DNA of 64,000 bases from Octopus vulgaris (Eukaryota), in the NCBI GenBank assembly GCA_951406725.2, contig OX597815.1:81778001-81842000 (forward strand). Reading direction: 5' to 3'. Below are positions 1-13,814 of this stretch, piece after piece. A program made the translations under genes and the position numbers. The notes under the pieces are model-generated. The model was given only the letters and a program-made list of their open reading frames with translations. It made no database searches and was not told the DNA's origin. The number at the start of each line of letters is the position of its first letter. The stretch's first letter is position 1.

Positions 1-1803
1 CCGTTCATTGTTTAAGTATAAATCTTCTGCATGCATTTCGGTTAATTGTCCATGCACTACTACAAAAGAACACAACTAGTTCGATACAAAGACTATATTC
101 TAATTCTCTAACTGATTGAATAATTCCTCTAAACGTGCTTCTATGCGTGATAGGTGGCATTTTTACCTAAAAAAAAGGAAAAAGAAAAAGTTTCCTGCTA
201 TCTGCTCCATATTCGAAGACATCACAAATCTGACAATAGTTGATCCCCTGAAATCTGGGTTTCAAGTCACCAACAAACATAATTTGAGGTATTAGTTAAT
301 AACTTTGTGGCCTACTTTCGAATTTGTCGCTTCAAATCTTGTCAATAGTCTTTAATCTGTTAAAAAGTTATCTACTTAAAAATTACGGTGATATCTTGTA
401 CAAAAGCTAAAACACGAAGTTTTACAACAAGAAATCTACAGAATCTTTTTCTCCTGACAGCGTATCAATTAGAGGAACAAGAGCACAATTTTTGTGAAAG
501 GAACAGTCGAGAGGTGGAAGCTGACCACCAACAGATCCAAGCTGTTACGTAAGCTGAGTCCCTTAAAACTGCCCCTGAATAATATCGGCTTTAGCTACGC
601 CGAGAAGGATTTCTGGAGAGAAATCTCACAGCTTAATAAGATTGATGACAGAGATTACGTCAGCAGTCTATAATCTAGAGGTCACTAGTACTTACTTGTT
701 TATTTGTCAGCATCCACTCGGCTTAAGAAGAACCAGTAAATCCACAGCATCATACATAGGATCTGACCTTGTCCGGTACCCACACACGTCTCCACTACCC
801 AAACTATTTCAATCAGCACAGTATTTGAATTTTCTCAGCTAGGATCGATATTAAGCGTGTTACCCTATGATTTCGAAGTATTGTAAGGTTTAAGTACGTC
901 ATATATTTTGACACCTCGGCGTGAAGTAATTTCTGCCTTTTGTCTGCCTTTGTCTGCGTATTCCGTTTTCTGTACCCATTTTTCTTTTAAGGGATATTTC
1001 ATCCTTCCTTCGACGCAAAGCGTTTGAGCGGTTCTGTTGGTTGTAGTTTCTGGTGGATCTCTTATAAGAGGAGGAAACACGACGGATTTTGAGTCTTAGT
1101 TGTCCTATGGTTCTAAAGCAATAAGGACGACTCGATTTAGCTAGTTTTTGTTCGGGCTACCCCAGAGCTGCGACTAGTGGGGATCTGAAAAAGGAAATAG
1201 TTGCAGCTATGGTCCTTCATGTTTGGAGTTTGCTATTGTTATTACTAACTCTGCAACCTTCCACCTTCTCTTTTCTTCGTTTTCCTTTTTTGCAGAATGT
1301 CTTCGAGTGGATATCCTTTACTATCACACGCATAGAAACTGAGTCTTCTGTACTACGCCATCAATCTATTTTTACCTTAAATGCTTAAATGTTTCGAAGA
1401 CTTTTGGTGCTAAAAAAACCTCAAGAAAATAAACATTTCTTTTTCATTTTTTTTTCGGGAAAGGTAATATTTGAAGAAAATGTCCGCAATAGGGCTTTCT
1501 TAAAATAGGGTTGGGGACGATGAACAACAACGATAGCAACAAGAGCAACAATAAGAACGACAATGACAGTAATGGAAATAATGATCAGGATGATGATAAT
1601 TGCTTGTAATTAAGGCCAAAAATGTTAAGGGGAGAGAATTAGTCGATATCATGGTCTTTATTTTATTAGTGCCAGACCGATGAAAGTCTGTGGTGGGATT
1701 TAAACTCAGAACGTGGAGAAATGGAAAAGTCATCATCTGGCACTTTGTACGACATTCTATCAATTCTGCTAATATGTAGCTTTAATAATAATAATAATAA
1801 TAA

Positions 1804-1856
<53 letters not shown>

Positions 1857-1872
1857 ATAAACAATAATAATT

Positions 1873-2018
1873 TGTCTCTTAGGGATAGCAAGGATTATCA
1901 GGAGGGTTCTAAGCACTTGAAAGACTGCTGAAAACTTGTGGATACTTAAGGTTACAGGTAGTAACCCGCTACCCTCGTAAATTATATCAGGAATAATAGC
2001 GAACCTGAACCAAACCAA
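1873..2018 (+). mobile_element. Extreme 3' end of an RLE-type (R4/Dong-like) non-LTR retrotransposon in (TAA)n
   Basis: Translates CLLGIARIIRRVLST* (stop 1918-1920), the typical last helix of the restriction-like endonuclease domain. A short 3' UTR follows, flanked by TAA/TAG repeats. Confidence 0.6.
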
Positions 2019-2049
2019 AATGATGATAATGATAATAATTCTGTTTACT

Positions 2050-2240
2050 ATAGACACAAGGGGAGGGAGGCTAGTCGATTATATCGATCCCAGTGCTTAA
2101 CTGGTATTTGTTTCATTGACCCAGAAAGGATGAAAGGCAAATTCTAGCTTGGCGGAATTTGAACTCAGAGCGTAAAGACGGACGAAATGCCGCTAAGTAT
2201 TTTGCCCGGCGTGCTAACGATTCTGCTAGCGCGCCGCCTT
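2050..2240 (-). mobile_element. tRNA-derived SINE, family B
   Basis: Minus strand reads AAGGCGGCGCGCTAGCAGAATCGTTAGC...GAGTTCAAATTCC (A/B-box-like), then GCCTTTCATCCTTTC...GGGATCGATATAATCGACT. Over 20 similar copies occur in the window; degenerate ones also at about 1600-1775 and 3880-4080. Confidence 0.85.
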
Positions 2241-2374
2241 AATAATGATGATGAGGATGATGATGATGATAATAATAATAATAATGATAATAATAATAGC
2301 CCTGATGCAATACCAGACAGTATCAATAATGATAATAATAATATCAATGTGAAAGAAGACAAAATAAGCAAAGC

Positions 2375-2577
2375 AACAAGATCAATGTGAAAGAAGAAAG
2401 AAAAAAATAAACAACTACGACGATTTAAAGTGGGAAATATGAAGGCTGTGGTCAATGAAGAGAGAAGACGTGATACCAAGAGTAATCGGTGCACTTGGAA
2501 GTATCAGCACTCAATTACCAGCATGGCTGAAAAATATAGGTGCACGTGTGAAAGTAGAACGCCTACAAAAAAATCAG

Positions 2578-2580
<3 letters not shown>
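2375..2580 (+). mobile_element. RLE-type LINE endonuclease fragment (decayed)
   Basis: Translates NNYDDLKWEI*RLWSMKREDVIPRVIGALGSISTQLPAWLKNIGARVKVERLQK, matching the K..KY..L...IP.VIGALG RLE motif. Bounded by (TAA)n. Confidence 0.75.
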
Positions 2581-2653
<73 letters not shown>

Positions 2654-2654
<1 letters not shown>

Positions 2655-3048
2655 TAGATATGTCTGTCCCACAAGATCAAAATGTCTCAAGAAAAGAATA
2701 CGAAAAGCTTTCACACTATAAAGATCTGCAAATTGAAATCACAAAATTGTGGAAGCTTTGTACTACGCTAATACCAGCAGTAATTGGTGCGTTGGGAATG
2801 ATAAAGAAGGGAGCTAAGAAATATATTAAGTAACTCCCTGGTAACTCCATCTCCGTGAACTACAACAGATAACCTTGATGGGCACAGCCCATATTCTACG
2901 GGAAGCACTCTCCGTCTGAAATGGAATAAATGTGGCAATAAATTTAGCATGCATAGCAAAATAAAAGTGACCTTGCTACTTTTGGCCTCCAGAGGATATC
3001 CGGTACTAAGGCAGTTGAAGTAAAGTTATAATGAAAATAAATCATAAA
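2654..3048 (+). mobile_element. RLE-type LINE 3' fragment (endonuclease C-terminus plus 3' UTR)
   Basis: Translates IDMSVPQDQNVSRKEYEKLSHYKDLQIEITKLWKLCTTLIPAVIGALGMIKKG...LQQITLMGTAHILREALSV* with one stop and one frameshift. Begins right after (TAA)n and ends in TAA/CAA repeats. Confidence 0.85.
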
Positions 3049-3162
3049 TAATAATAACAACAACAACAACAACAACATTGACTGGTAATATACCATACGG
3101 TTTCGCCGTTTTGTCCACAAATTCTGCACTTATCACTTTCTGATGTGTTATTACCATACATA

Positions 3163-3835
3163 ATAGACAACACATCAGAAAGTGATAAAGGCAGAATTTG
3201 TGGAACAAATGGTGAAACCGTATGTCATATGACTAGTCAATGTACGCCACTAGCCCTGAAAAAATATAAGAGACGCCACGACAATATAGCCAGGCTTGTC
3301 CATTAGACACTTTGCAACAAGTATGGACTTGAGAGAGCAAAAAAGTGGTACGAACATAAACCCGAAGGCATCATCGAAAATGATAATGCAAAGATCCTAT
3401 GGGATTTTATGATTCAGTGCGACTATGAGATAAAGAATAAGAAGCCAGACATAGTATTAATTAAGAAAGAAAGCAAACGATGCTGGGTCGTAGATATAGC
3501 ATGCCTAGCTGAAAACAAGGTATGCAATAAGGAAGAAAGAAAAGTCGATAGATATGACAGGTTAGCTTGGGAGGTGAAGTAGTTGTGGTCGCTGAAAAAG
3601 GTCGTAATAATAACAATAACTGTCGGAGCCCTGGGAACAATGAGTAAAAATCTTGAGAAGTACATAGAACAAATAGGGGCTGCAATAAGGGTGGAACACT
3701 TGTAGAAAACAGCACTGCTTGGAACTGCTCGAATACTCCGGATAGTGCTCGAAAACTAAGGGGCGTTACCTTAGTTCACTGGTAGTGAACAGCTGATACC
3801 GTAGTACATCTCCAGCGTTAGAAGCTGTGCAAAGA
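3163..3835 (+). mobile_element. R4/Dong-like LINE 3' fragment: CCHC zinc knuckle plus RLE domain
   Basis: Translates RICGTNGETVCHMTSQC...YKRRHDNIAR...KILWDFMIQCD...KKPDIVL...VVDIAC...KVDRYDRL...VGALG...KTALLGTARILRIVLEN*. The RHD, PD..D and K..Y motifs are present, with three in-frame stops and a (CAA)n/(TAA)n tail. Confidence 0.92.
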
Positions 3836-4223
3836 CAACAACAACAACAATAACAACAACAACAATAATAATGATAATGTTTTCCAAATTTCGACACAAG
3901 GGCAGCAAGTTTAGCCGTAGGTGTTAGCCGGTAGCAGTTAACCTCGGTAGTTGAATAGTACTTTATTTTATCGTCCACAAAAGATGGAAAGCAAAGTGGC
4001 CCTCAGTGGGCTTTGAACACAGTATATAAAGAGCCGAAACTAATTTTGACTCTCAAACAACTCCGCCATCTTGTTGCCTTACCATTGTTCTAGCATCCAT
4101 TACCGCACGAATATCGGATGTGTGAAACTCAGAGAAATATTTATTGAAGTTTTCAGATTCCAATATCTGTTTGTTTGTTTGTATATCACTCTTTCTCTCC
4201 ACGTTTTTACATTAGTGCATGCA

Positions 4224-4224
4224 T

Positions 4225-4272
<48 letters not shown>

Positions 4273-4299
4273 TTACATACATATTATATATACATATAT

Positions 4300-4394
<95 letters not shown>

Positions 4395-4606
4395 AATACA
4401 TATACACACACATATATATGTAATGAGAAAGGAAAGTGGGAGAAAATAAAGAAGCGCAAGTGTGAAACAGTAGAAGGAAGACAGAAAAACCACTCACAAC
4501 CGAGTATGTTTGTATCTGGTTGGCTTCGAGAGTGAATTGGAACATAAGAGCTTGCCGTACACACATACACACACACACACACTAACTCAAACACACACAC
4601 ACACAC

Positions 4607-4654
<48 letters not shown>

Positions 4655-4735
4655 ATACACACACACATACACACACACTCAAACACACACACGCACACAC
4701 ACACTCACACTTACACACACACATACACAGACACT

Positions 4736-4775
<40 letters not shown>

Positions 4776-4815
4776 CACACACACATTCACACACACACAC
4801 ACTCAAACACACACA

Positions 4816-4892
<77 letters not shown>
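4224..4892. repeat. Compound microsatellites (GATA)n, (TA)n, (CA)n
   Basis: Directly visible. Confidence 0.95.
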
Positions 4893-4896
<4 letters not shown>

Positions 4897-5249
4897 AATT
4901 AAAAAGAGTGCTTGAGATTGTATCAGAGATAGCGAAAGAAAGAGACAAAGAGAAATAGGAGGAGAGGAGGCAGGAAGAGAGAAGCGTAAAGCGAGTGTGG
5001 CATATTAGCCACCATCTTTCCTTTATGATAAATTCTACCCCAAAATTAAAAGTCAGCTATAAAAACTGTTGTATTGATTTCCATAGTTGTTTCTTACTCA
5101 ACTCTACAGCTAGAAGGTTGGGAAGCGGACGGTGACGAAGGGTGGTTGAAATGGTTTGTTACCATCGCACCTCTTACCAACCAACACGCATCCTCCAGTA
5201 TCCTCAATGCTACGCCGCACTCCCATCGTCCGCCGCCGAAGACCATCGA

Positions 5250-5410
5250 CATCATCACTACCGCCACCGCCGCCGCCGCCGCCGCCGACGCCACCACCAC
5301 CACCACCACCACCACCACCACCACTACCAGCACCACCACCGCCACCGCTACCACTATCGCCACCACCATCGTCCCTTTCCTCCTCCTACTCATCATCATC
5401 ATAATCATCG

Positions 5411-5479
<69 letters not shown>

Positions 5480-6310
5480 CCGTGATTATCATCATCGTCG
5501 TCGTCGTCATCATCATCCTCATCATCAGCAGCACCACCGCCAGCTCCACCGCTGCCACTCCCAGCTCCACCGCTGCCACCCCCAGCTCCACCGCTGCCAC
5601 CCCCAGCTCCACCGCTGCCACCCCCAGCTCCACCGCTGCCACCCCCAGCTCCACTGCTGCCACCCCCAGCTTCTCCGCTGCCACCCCCACCGGCATCACC
5701 CTCATCATCACTATTCCTCCCTTTACATCATCATCATCACGATCCCCCTTTTCATCATCATCATCATCACCGCACCATCATCATGACCCTCATCATCACC
5801 ATCCTCCTCTTCATCACGGTCTTCACCCTCCTCCGCCTCCTCACATCATCATTATTATCGTCATCACTACCCTCCTTCCCCTCCTCCTCATCATCATCAT
5901 CATCACCAACACTCCCTCTATTATCAACACCAGCACCATGCACCAACACTACATACATTAACGCTAACTACAACAACAACAACAACAACCATAATACCAC
6001 CAACACTACCGTGACGATAGAAATATTGTCACTACCACTACTACCGTCATCATCATCATCATCATCATCATCATCACCACGGTCACTGTCACCAACAACA
6101 CCGTCGCTACTAGCAACACCACCAACATCACCATCACCATCACAGCACCGTCATTACTAGTTGTGCTAATACCAATACCATCACAGTGACCGTTATTAAC
6201 CAACACCACTATCAACATACCACAAAGAAATCCACCAGCAGCAGTACCAGAACTGGCACCACCAATGCCTAGCAGCAGCACCGTCACCATCAGCATCACC
6301 AGCAGGACCG
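5250..6310. repeat. Trinucleotide low-complexity block (CGC/CAC/CAT/CAA) containing a 21-bp minisatellite
   Basis: (CAC)n and (CAT)n runs, plus the unit CCCAGCTCCACCGCTGCCACC about 7 times at 5539-5690. Confidence 0.9.
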
Positions 6311-6479
6311 CCATTTTGCATCATTCTTACCCACCATCCTACTTACTCTCCAAATCAATGAACCATATCGCCTTTGAACTTCCCGCTCAAAGACGCACAT
6401 CTCCATCGCCACCCTGCCATCATCGTCAACAACATCGCCATTATCACCGTGTACCATCCAAGGGTTTTGTGGTCGCCAT

Positions 6480-7185
6480 TTTTTTCACTCCTTCTGCTGT
6501 GTCTCTCCTTGTCTTTTCTCTCTCCTTCTCTCACTCTCCTTCACTCTGCTCCTCTCTCTCTTTTTCCCTCATATACTTTCTTCTTCTCACTCTCTCTATA
6601 TATCTGTATCTATCTGTTTGTCTGTCTCTCTCTTTTTGCCTATCAATTTGAGTGCAACAAGGACATTCGATGTTGGTGCACCGATCAACCTTTGCCAAAC
6701 TTCATAAAATGGCCGATTACCATTTATTTATTACACTGAGAATTCTGATCACTTCATCTACCCCACCCACCCTTAACACTTCAAGGCTACCATTTTAATA
6801 GCATTCATTTCTCTCTCGTCACTCTCATTCACTCACTCTCTCTATTTTACATGTCTTTCACTTTTGTCTCCCTGTTTCATTTGTCTTGTTTCTTTCTCCC
6901 CCCCTCTCTCTCTCTCGTTGTATCACATGATGACTTGTCACTCTCCTTCAGTTTTATATCTATCGTCTGCCATATTGCTTCGTCATCTCACTATCTCTGT
7001 ATCTCTCTCTTTTACGCACACTCATGCACACAGAGATACACACAAACACACATATGCGCGTGCACACAGACAGACAGACACACACACACACGCACACATT
7101 CACACATTGTCTCTTCTCTTTCGTTTTCTTCCTTCTGGTTTCTGTCTTCGTATCTGTTTTGAGGTCCTTGACACACGCGCTTTCC

Positions 7186-7267
<82 letters not shown>

Positions 7268-7660
7268 GTCTAGCTTTCTGTCTGTCTGTCTGTGTATTTA
7301 TGTATGTACGTATGTATTTATGTACGTTCGTACATATGTATGCGTGCATGTATCTACCCATCCAACCACATTTCTCTCTGTCTCTGTCTGTCTTCTGTCT
7401 GTCTGTCTGTCTTTCTCTGTCTCTCTCTCTCTCTGCATGTACCCATGTATCTATTCATCCACTCTACTGCATCTCTCTCTCTCCCTTTCCTCTCCCCCTA
7501 CTCTCTTACCCAGCCTTTCATGAGGTATACTCGGCCAGTGATGAACAGCACTAAACTACATGAACAATCATAACAATAACTAACAACAGCAGCAACTAAG
7601 CTTATACATTCTTCATGCCTCGATTCTCTCTACGGTTCTCTCTCTCTTTCTTTCTCTCTT

Positions 7661-7703
<43 letters not shown>

Positions 7704-8316
7704 TACACACACAAACACTATCTCTCATTGTGGCGGAATTGTTATTGCTTCATTTTTTTTTCCTGTTTCAATATAATTTACTTTTTCCATTTCGCTAACG
7801 CTTGCCCCCCACCCCCACCCCGCCTTACTCTCTCTTTTGCCGATATGTATTTCACTCTACCTCTTCCTCTCTCCCTTGATGTTTTAATTTATTTTACTCC
7901 AACTATTTAACTGTTTTTCACACGTACACAAACACACATACACACGCAATCTCTCAGTCTTTCTCCATCTCTCACTCTATTTTCCCGCCCTCTTATTTTT
8001 CAGTCTGCTCAATACTCAAAGTTTCACTTTTGCAGTTTCTCCTCTGCATTTTTCAGAAAAGTCATTTTACCTTGCAACTATCTATCTATCTCTCTCTACA
8101 CCATTTCTAACCATATCATCTTCGACCAATATATCCAGCCACCAAAAAAAAAAAAAAGAAAAAAAAAAAAAGAATTTTCGTTGACACTGTTTTCAGCATA
8201 TTTATTTGCTTGATGGCTTCTCACAAAAGTATCTAATTTGGTATTTGAGAAACTGCTAGGAACCCTCCTCTCTTTAATTTTCTCGACGTTTCTCTCTTTT
8301 CGTGTCTCTTTTGCGC

Positions 8317-8358
<42 letters not shown>

Positions 8359-8602
8359 CTCTATCAAACTGTTTGTGTGCTTGCTTCTCTCTCTCTCTCT
8401 CTCTCCCTCTTTCAACTGGAAGTCTGTCTGTCTGTCTTTCTCTCTTCTTTTTCTTCCTTTGCCTGTCTGCTGCCCGTTTCCTCAATTCTCTCTCTATCTG
8501 TGTCTATTTAGGGGTTCGTCTGCCTAGCTACCCATCTGGCTATCTGTCCGCTTGTCTCTCTCTCTCTCTCTCCCTCTCTCGCTTATCCTTCTCTCTTGCT
8601 TC

Positions 8603-8649
<47 letters not shown>

Positions 8650-9178
8650 TGTCTCCCTGTCTTATCCATCTACGTGTTATATGTCTGTCTGTGGTATATT
8701 CTTTCTGTCTTCCTATCTTAATCATCCTCAAACAATATGTCTCACTTTACCTTCCTGTTCCCATCTCTCAACATCTCTCCTCCTTTTCTCGATACTTCTC
8801 ACTTTTGTTCTCCATCTCAATTTTCTCTCTGTTTTTCAGTATCTATCTAACTGTCTCACACTTCACCCTTTTTCTCAATTTGCCTATTTCTCATTCACTC
8901 ACTCCCTTTCTCCCACCCCCCTTTTAATTCCTCGCTTGGTAATTTTGGCTTTCATTGCTTCTCACCCTTAGATTCTTCCTCTATTAAACTAGCCTCTACG
9001 TAGTCACTCGACTCGCTAGAAATAGCAATCATATTTCCCTCTTTAAAAACAGGAAGACATAATGGATAATGTAGTTGTATGTACATTGCGTATCTACCAT
9101 GTGACGTTGTCGTCACGGTTGGAACGTTCGATCGTAGATCTGCTTGATCAGGGATGCTCATCCTCCTATACGGCTCAT

Positions 9179-9213
<35 letters not shown>

Positions 9214-9818
9214 CGTAGACAATATCCTACTATCCTCACAACCATTTTTAGTTTATGTGTTTCTTGCACATACACACATGTACACGTACACACACACACA
9301 CACACACACACACCACGCACATACATACAAACACCAGGCACACACACCACGCACACACTCCACGCACACACATCACGCACACACTCCACGCACACACACA
9401 TACAAGCATAAAACACAAATACACACATATACACACATATTTATACAAACACATATAAATTCTCACCATCTCTATGATTTCTGTCTGTCTGTCTGCCTTT
9501 TCTCCTCTAAGATTTCTACCGTATCCAAACATGTACATGTTTTACTATTTCGCCTTCTATCAAGCCCCGCCTCTCTCTCCCACCATACTCTCTTCCTTAC
9601 TATTTTCTCTTCCTTACTCTTTTCTCTTCCGTACTCTCCCTCTTTCTCTATCAAACGCATACACATTCCCCTCCAAATTTCACGGTTCTTCCATTTCCGT
9701 CACACACACATACGTACACAAAAATACATTTCTTTCTGCATATTCTCTTACGCACACACACACACACGCGCGCGCACAAACACACCCACACGCACACATA
9801 CACGCGCACGCACACACA

Positions 9819-9870
<52 letters not shown>

Positions 9871-11500
9871 ACATGTATAGCTATTCTAATTGCGAGAAAT
9901 AGCAACCAAATTGTCTGAAATTACAATCGTAGCATTTTATAAATAGGACACACTGGATTATGTCATCCATCATCCATACACAATGCCTGAAAATAAGGGA
10001 AGGTCACGGATGGAAGGTCTTTCGTCATAGGCATTTTCAGTCAGGACTGACCTGGGGCTAAACAACAAATTTAACCCATATCTCAGTCATTTTCTGTCAC
10101 ACACACACGCACACACAGTTATATCGTTATATGCGCAGACATACACTGAATAACCTCTCTCACTCTTACTCCATTAATTTCATGCATGTACACATGCACA
10201 CACACATATTTTCTTCACACACACACACTCACACACATACACTTAATAACCTATCTCTCTCACTCCTTGTCTTCATATACTCATATTTTCTCTTCAACTC
10301 TCACTGCTCCTCTTTGTGTCTGTCTGTTTGTCAGACTGTCTGTTTGTCTGTCAGTCTCACTCTCTGTCACACATGCACACACACATGCACATAGTAACAT
10401 CCACATATATACACACACATACACCCAATAACCTCTCTCTCTCTCTCACTCCTACTCCTTGTCTGTTTCATACACACACACCACACACACACTCATTTTC
10501 TCTCTACCTCTCACTGCTACACTTTCTCTGTGATACACACGGACACACACACGGACACATACTCACACAAATTACCTCCCCCTGTCTCTCACTTCTCCTC
10601 CACCATTGTTATATCTACCTCCTTCTCCGCTTATTGTTCTTCTCTCCATCTGTTTCTCATTGTTTCTCTTCCTCCATTCCAGTATCTCTCTCTCCTCCAT
10701 CTCTGTATACCTTAATTCTCATTCTCTCACTCCGCTTCTTTCTTTCTTTCTTTTCTCACTCTCGCTACCCCACTGCTTCTCACCCACACATTCCGTTTTG
10801 TGGGTTTTTTTCTCCTCCCAACCATATTAACCCCTCTCTCGGTCCTTCACACTCTTTCTGTCCATCTGTATAGCTTATTTTTCTCCCTCTTTCTTTCTGC
10901 CTATCTGTCTCTCACACCCGCATATCTCCTCAATTTCATAGCACTTTATCACACACACACACACGCACACACACACACAACATACACAAACTTCTTACCC
11001 ATAACCTACCCCATAACTTACCCATTCTCACCCCTCTCACAGTTATGTCTTTCTCTCCGATCTCCTTTCTCATTCAGTTTCTCTTCCTATAACTCTCACT
11101 TCTCCTCATCTCTATCCCTCCTCTTTCTTCTAATCTTTCTCCTCGATTCCCTATCTCACTATGCTTCTATGTCCCTCCTCTCTCTGTTTCAATCTCTGTC
11201 TTTCCAGTCTATTTGACTCACTTATCTCTCACCTTTCACTCTCTCCTTCCTCTCTTTTACACTTTTCGTACTTTCATTTTAAAGTCCCTCTTAATGTTTC
11301 TGTGTCCTAGTCTCCTTCATATTTCTCTCTCTCTCTCTTTGTTTTTCATCCCTCTCTCACACTCACATTCAACCCTCTCCTTTTCTCTCTCGCCCCTCTT
11401 CTTTTTATGCCGCCATCTTGCATACACACAACTCCTCTCGTTATTTAACCCATTTTCTTGACCATATTCTTTCTGACTTTCAGTTCTGCCTGTCTGCTTG

Positions 11501-11590
<90 letters not shown>

Positions 11591-12278
11591 CATCTATCTA
11601 TCTGCCTGCCTGTCTGTCTGTCTGTCTGTCTCGATTTGACGCGGTTTCTCTACGTCTCTCTGTTTCTCTCTCTCTCTCCCAATCTCTCTAAGTTTCTCTT
11701 TCCTACTATTTCTCACTCTCTCTCTCTCTCTTCCCACTACGTCTCCTCTCTCTTTTCCCACCAACTCTTTTTCTCTTTACAAACTGCTTTCTCTTGTCTT
11801 GCCTGCTCTTTTAATTAGTTCTTTCTTTTCGCCTTTGCTGTCCTTTCTTCTTCTTCTTCTTCTTCTTCTTCTTCTTCTTCTTCTTCTTCTTCTTCTTCAT
11901 CTTCTTCTTCTTCTTCTTCTTCTTCTTCTTCTTCTTCTTCATCTCCTTCTTCTTCTTCTTCTTCTTCTTCTTCTTCTTCTTCTTCTTCTTCTTCTTCTCT
12001 CTCTCTCTCTCGCTCTTCTGTTCTCTCTAACTATCTCTCCGTCTTTGTGAATATCTGCCTTTCACTCTCACGCACTCATGCACACACACACATTTGCGCG
12101 CGCGCGCAGTATCTCCCTCTCTCACTTTCACTGTCTCTTCTTCCACCCTCCCTCATATTCTATTCCACTATCTATCAACCCATTAATTTCTCTCTCACTC
12201 ACTCTCGTTCCCCCACTTCCACCCTCCCCCTCACTTCCTCTCTCTGTCTCTGTCTGTCTGTCAGTCTGTTTCAATATG

Positions 12279-12318
<40 letters not shown>

Positions 12319-12370
12319 TCTATCGCTCAATATATATCTCTTAACCACTCTCTCATTCATTTTCTCTTTG
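6480..12370. repeat. Pyrimidine/CA-rich low-complexity domain: (CT)n, (CTAT)n, (CA)n, (CTT)n
   Basis: Directly visible, with very little G on the + strand. Confidence 0.9.
9885..10070 (+). mobile_element. SINE-like repeat, family D (decayed)
   Basis: GAAATAGCAACCAAAT...TCATAGG...CAGGACTGACCTGGGGCTAAACAACAA. Related pieces at about 8990-9160 (+), 13370-13470 (-) and 43380-43460 (-). Confidence 0.5.
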
Positions 12371-13660
12371 ATGTGAGCGTTTGTAGTGAAATGCAATCTT
12401 AGAAACAAAGATAAAACGAACGAAAATGAAAAAAATAATAATAAACATACAAAAGCGAAATAAAAACAAAAACAAAAACAAAAAACAGATAAAAGAACTA
12501 TATTGCTCTACCCTCCTAGAATAAAACAAACCAAAACATATACCCCTCCCCCCCCCTCGAAAAGACCAAATAAACAAATAAAACAATAAACAAAAAACTG
12601 GAATGAGCTAAAAGAAGAGCAAATGGAACCGAAGAACATTCCAGACGTAAAAAAAGAGAACGGAACCAAAAATAAGAATGTAAATAAATAAACAAATAAA
12701 CAAAATTGGAGTCAAAGAGTCTGTTATAAATAAATAAGTAAAAGAATGAATAAAATGAGAGAGAAAATAAAGAGAAAGAAGTAAAAAAAAAGGCAAACTA
12801 GAAAAATATGAAAAATTAGTAAAAAATGAGAAAATAGAAAAAATTTAAGAAAAATATGAAAAATATGAAAAATTGAAAAAAAAATAGCAAGCATAGAGAA
12901 AAATAAAATAAAGAAAAATAAGAAAATTAGAAAAATGATCAAAGAAAAATGAAAAAAAAGAAGAAAAAATTAAGAAAAACAAAAAAAAAAGAAAATTAGA
13001 AAAATGATAAAAATAAGAAAGAAAAATTAAAAATAAAGAAAGTAAGGAAAAAAATAAGCAAAATAAAGAAGCAATTAGAAAAAACCAAAAAAATTAGAAA
13101 TTAGAAATAGTAAAATACAGAAAAAAAAGAAAAATGCAAGATTACAAAAAATTGCAAAGACAAACAATCAGAAATCAAACGTAATAAAAGAAAAAAAAAT
13201 GAATTGAAATTAAAATTTTAACTGTGGTCAAATATGGTGGAAATATTTTGAATGGAGAAAGATGGGGTTTGTTTATTAAAAAAATAAACATGAAAAAAAA
13301 CGCCCGGTTGTTTGTTGTTATTTTCGTTATTATTGGAGTAGTTTTTATTGCTGTTTTTGTTGTTGAAATCAATTTCAAACGTCATCGAACAGAACTATGA
13401 TCAAAAGCATTCCAGGTCGTGCGTGACGATGTGATTCGAAGAGATTTAGTTGCTATTTCAAGCAGGTCACTGTAACACTTTTACAGAATCGTGTCATTAT
13501 ATATACCTGTGCGAAATTTTCCTCAATCAATATTGCTTAGTTCTACTGTCTGTTTTCGCTCAACATTCTTAGCATCGTACACTACAGATTGGTGAGTTAA
13601 TTTGTGTTACAAGTACACGCATCGGCACACATTCATCTCTGAAATAGATACACTGACGCG

Positions 13661-13792
<132 letters not shown>

Positions 13793-13814
13793 CATGTATT
13801 TTAAAAATCTTTTA

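Noticed and set aside
5074-5961. 295-aa, 214-aa and 205-aa ORFs resembling mucin or His-rich proteins
   Set aside because: Several frames and both strands are open because of CAC/CAT repeats, and no domain or splice context supports them.
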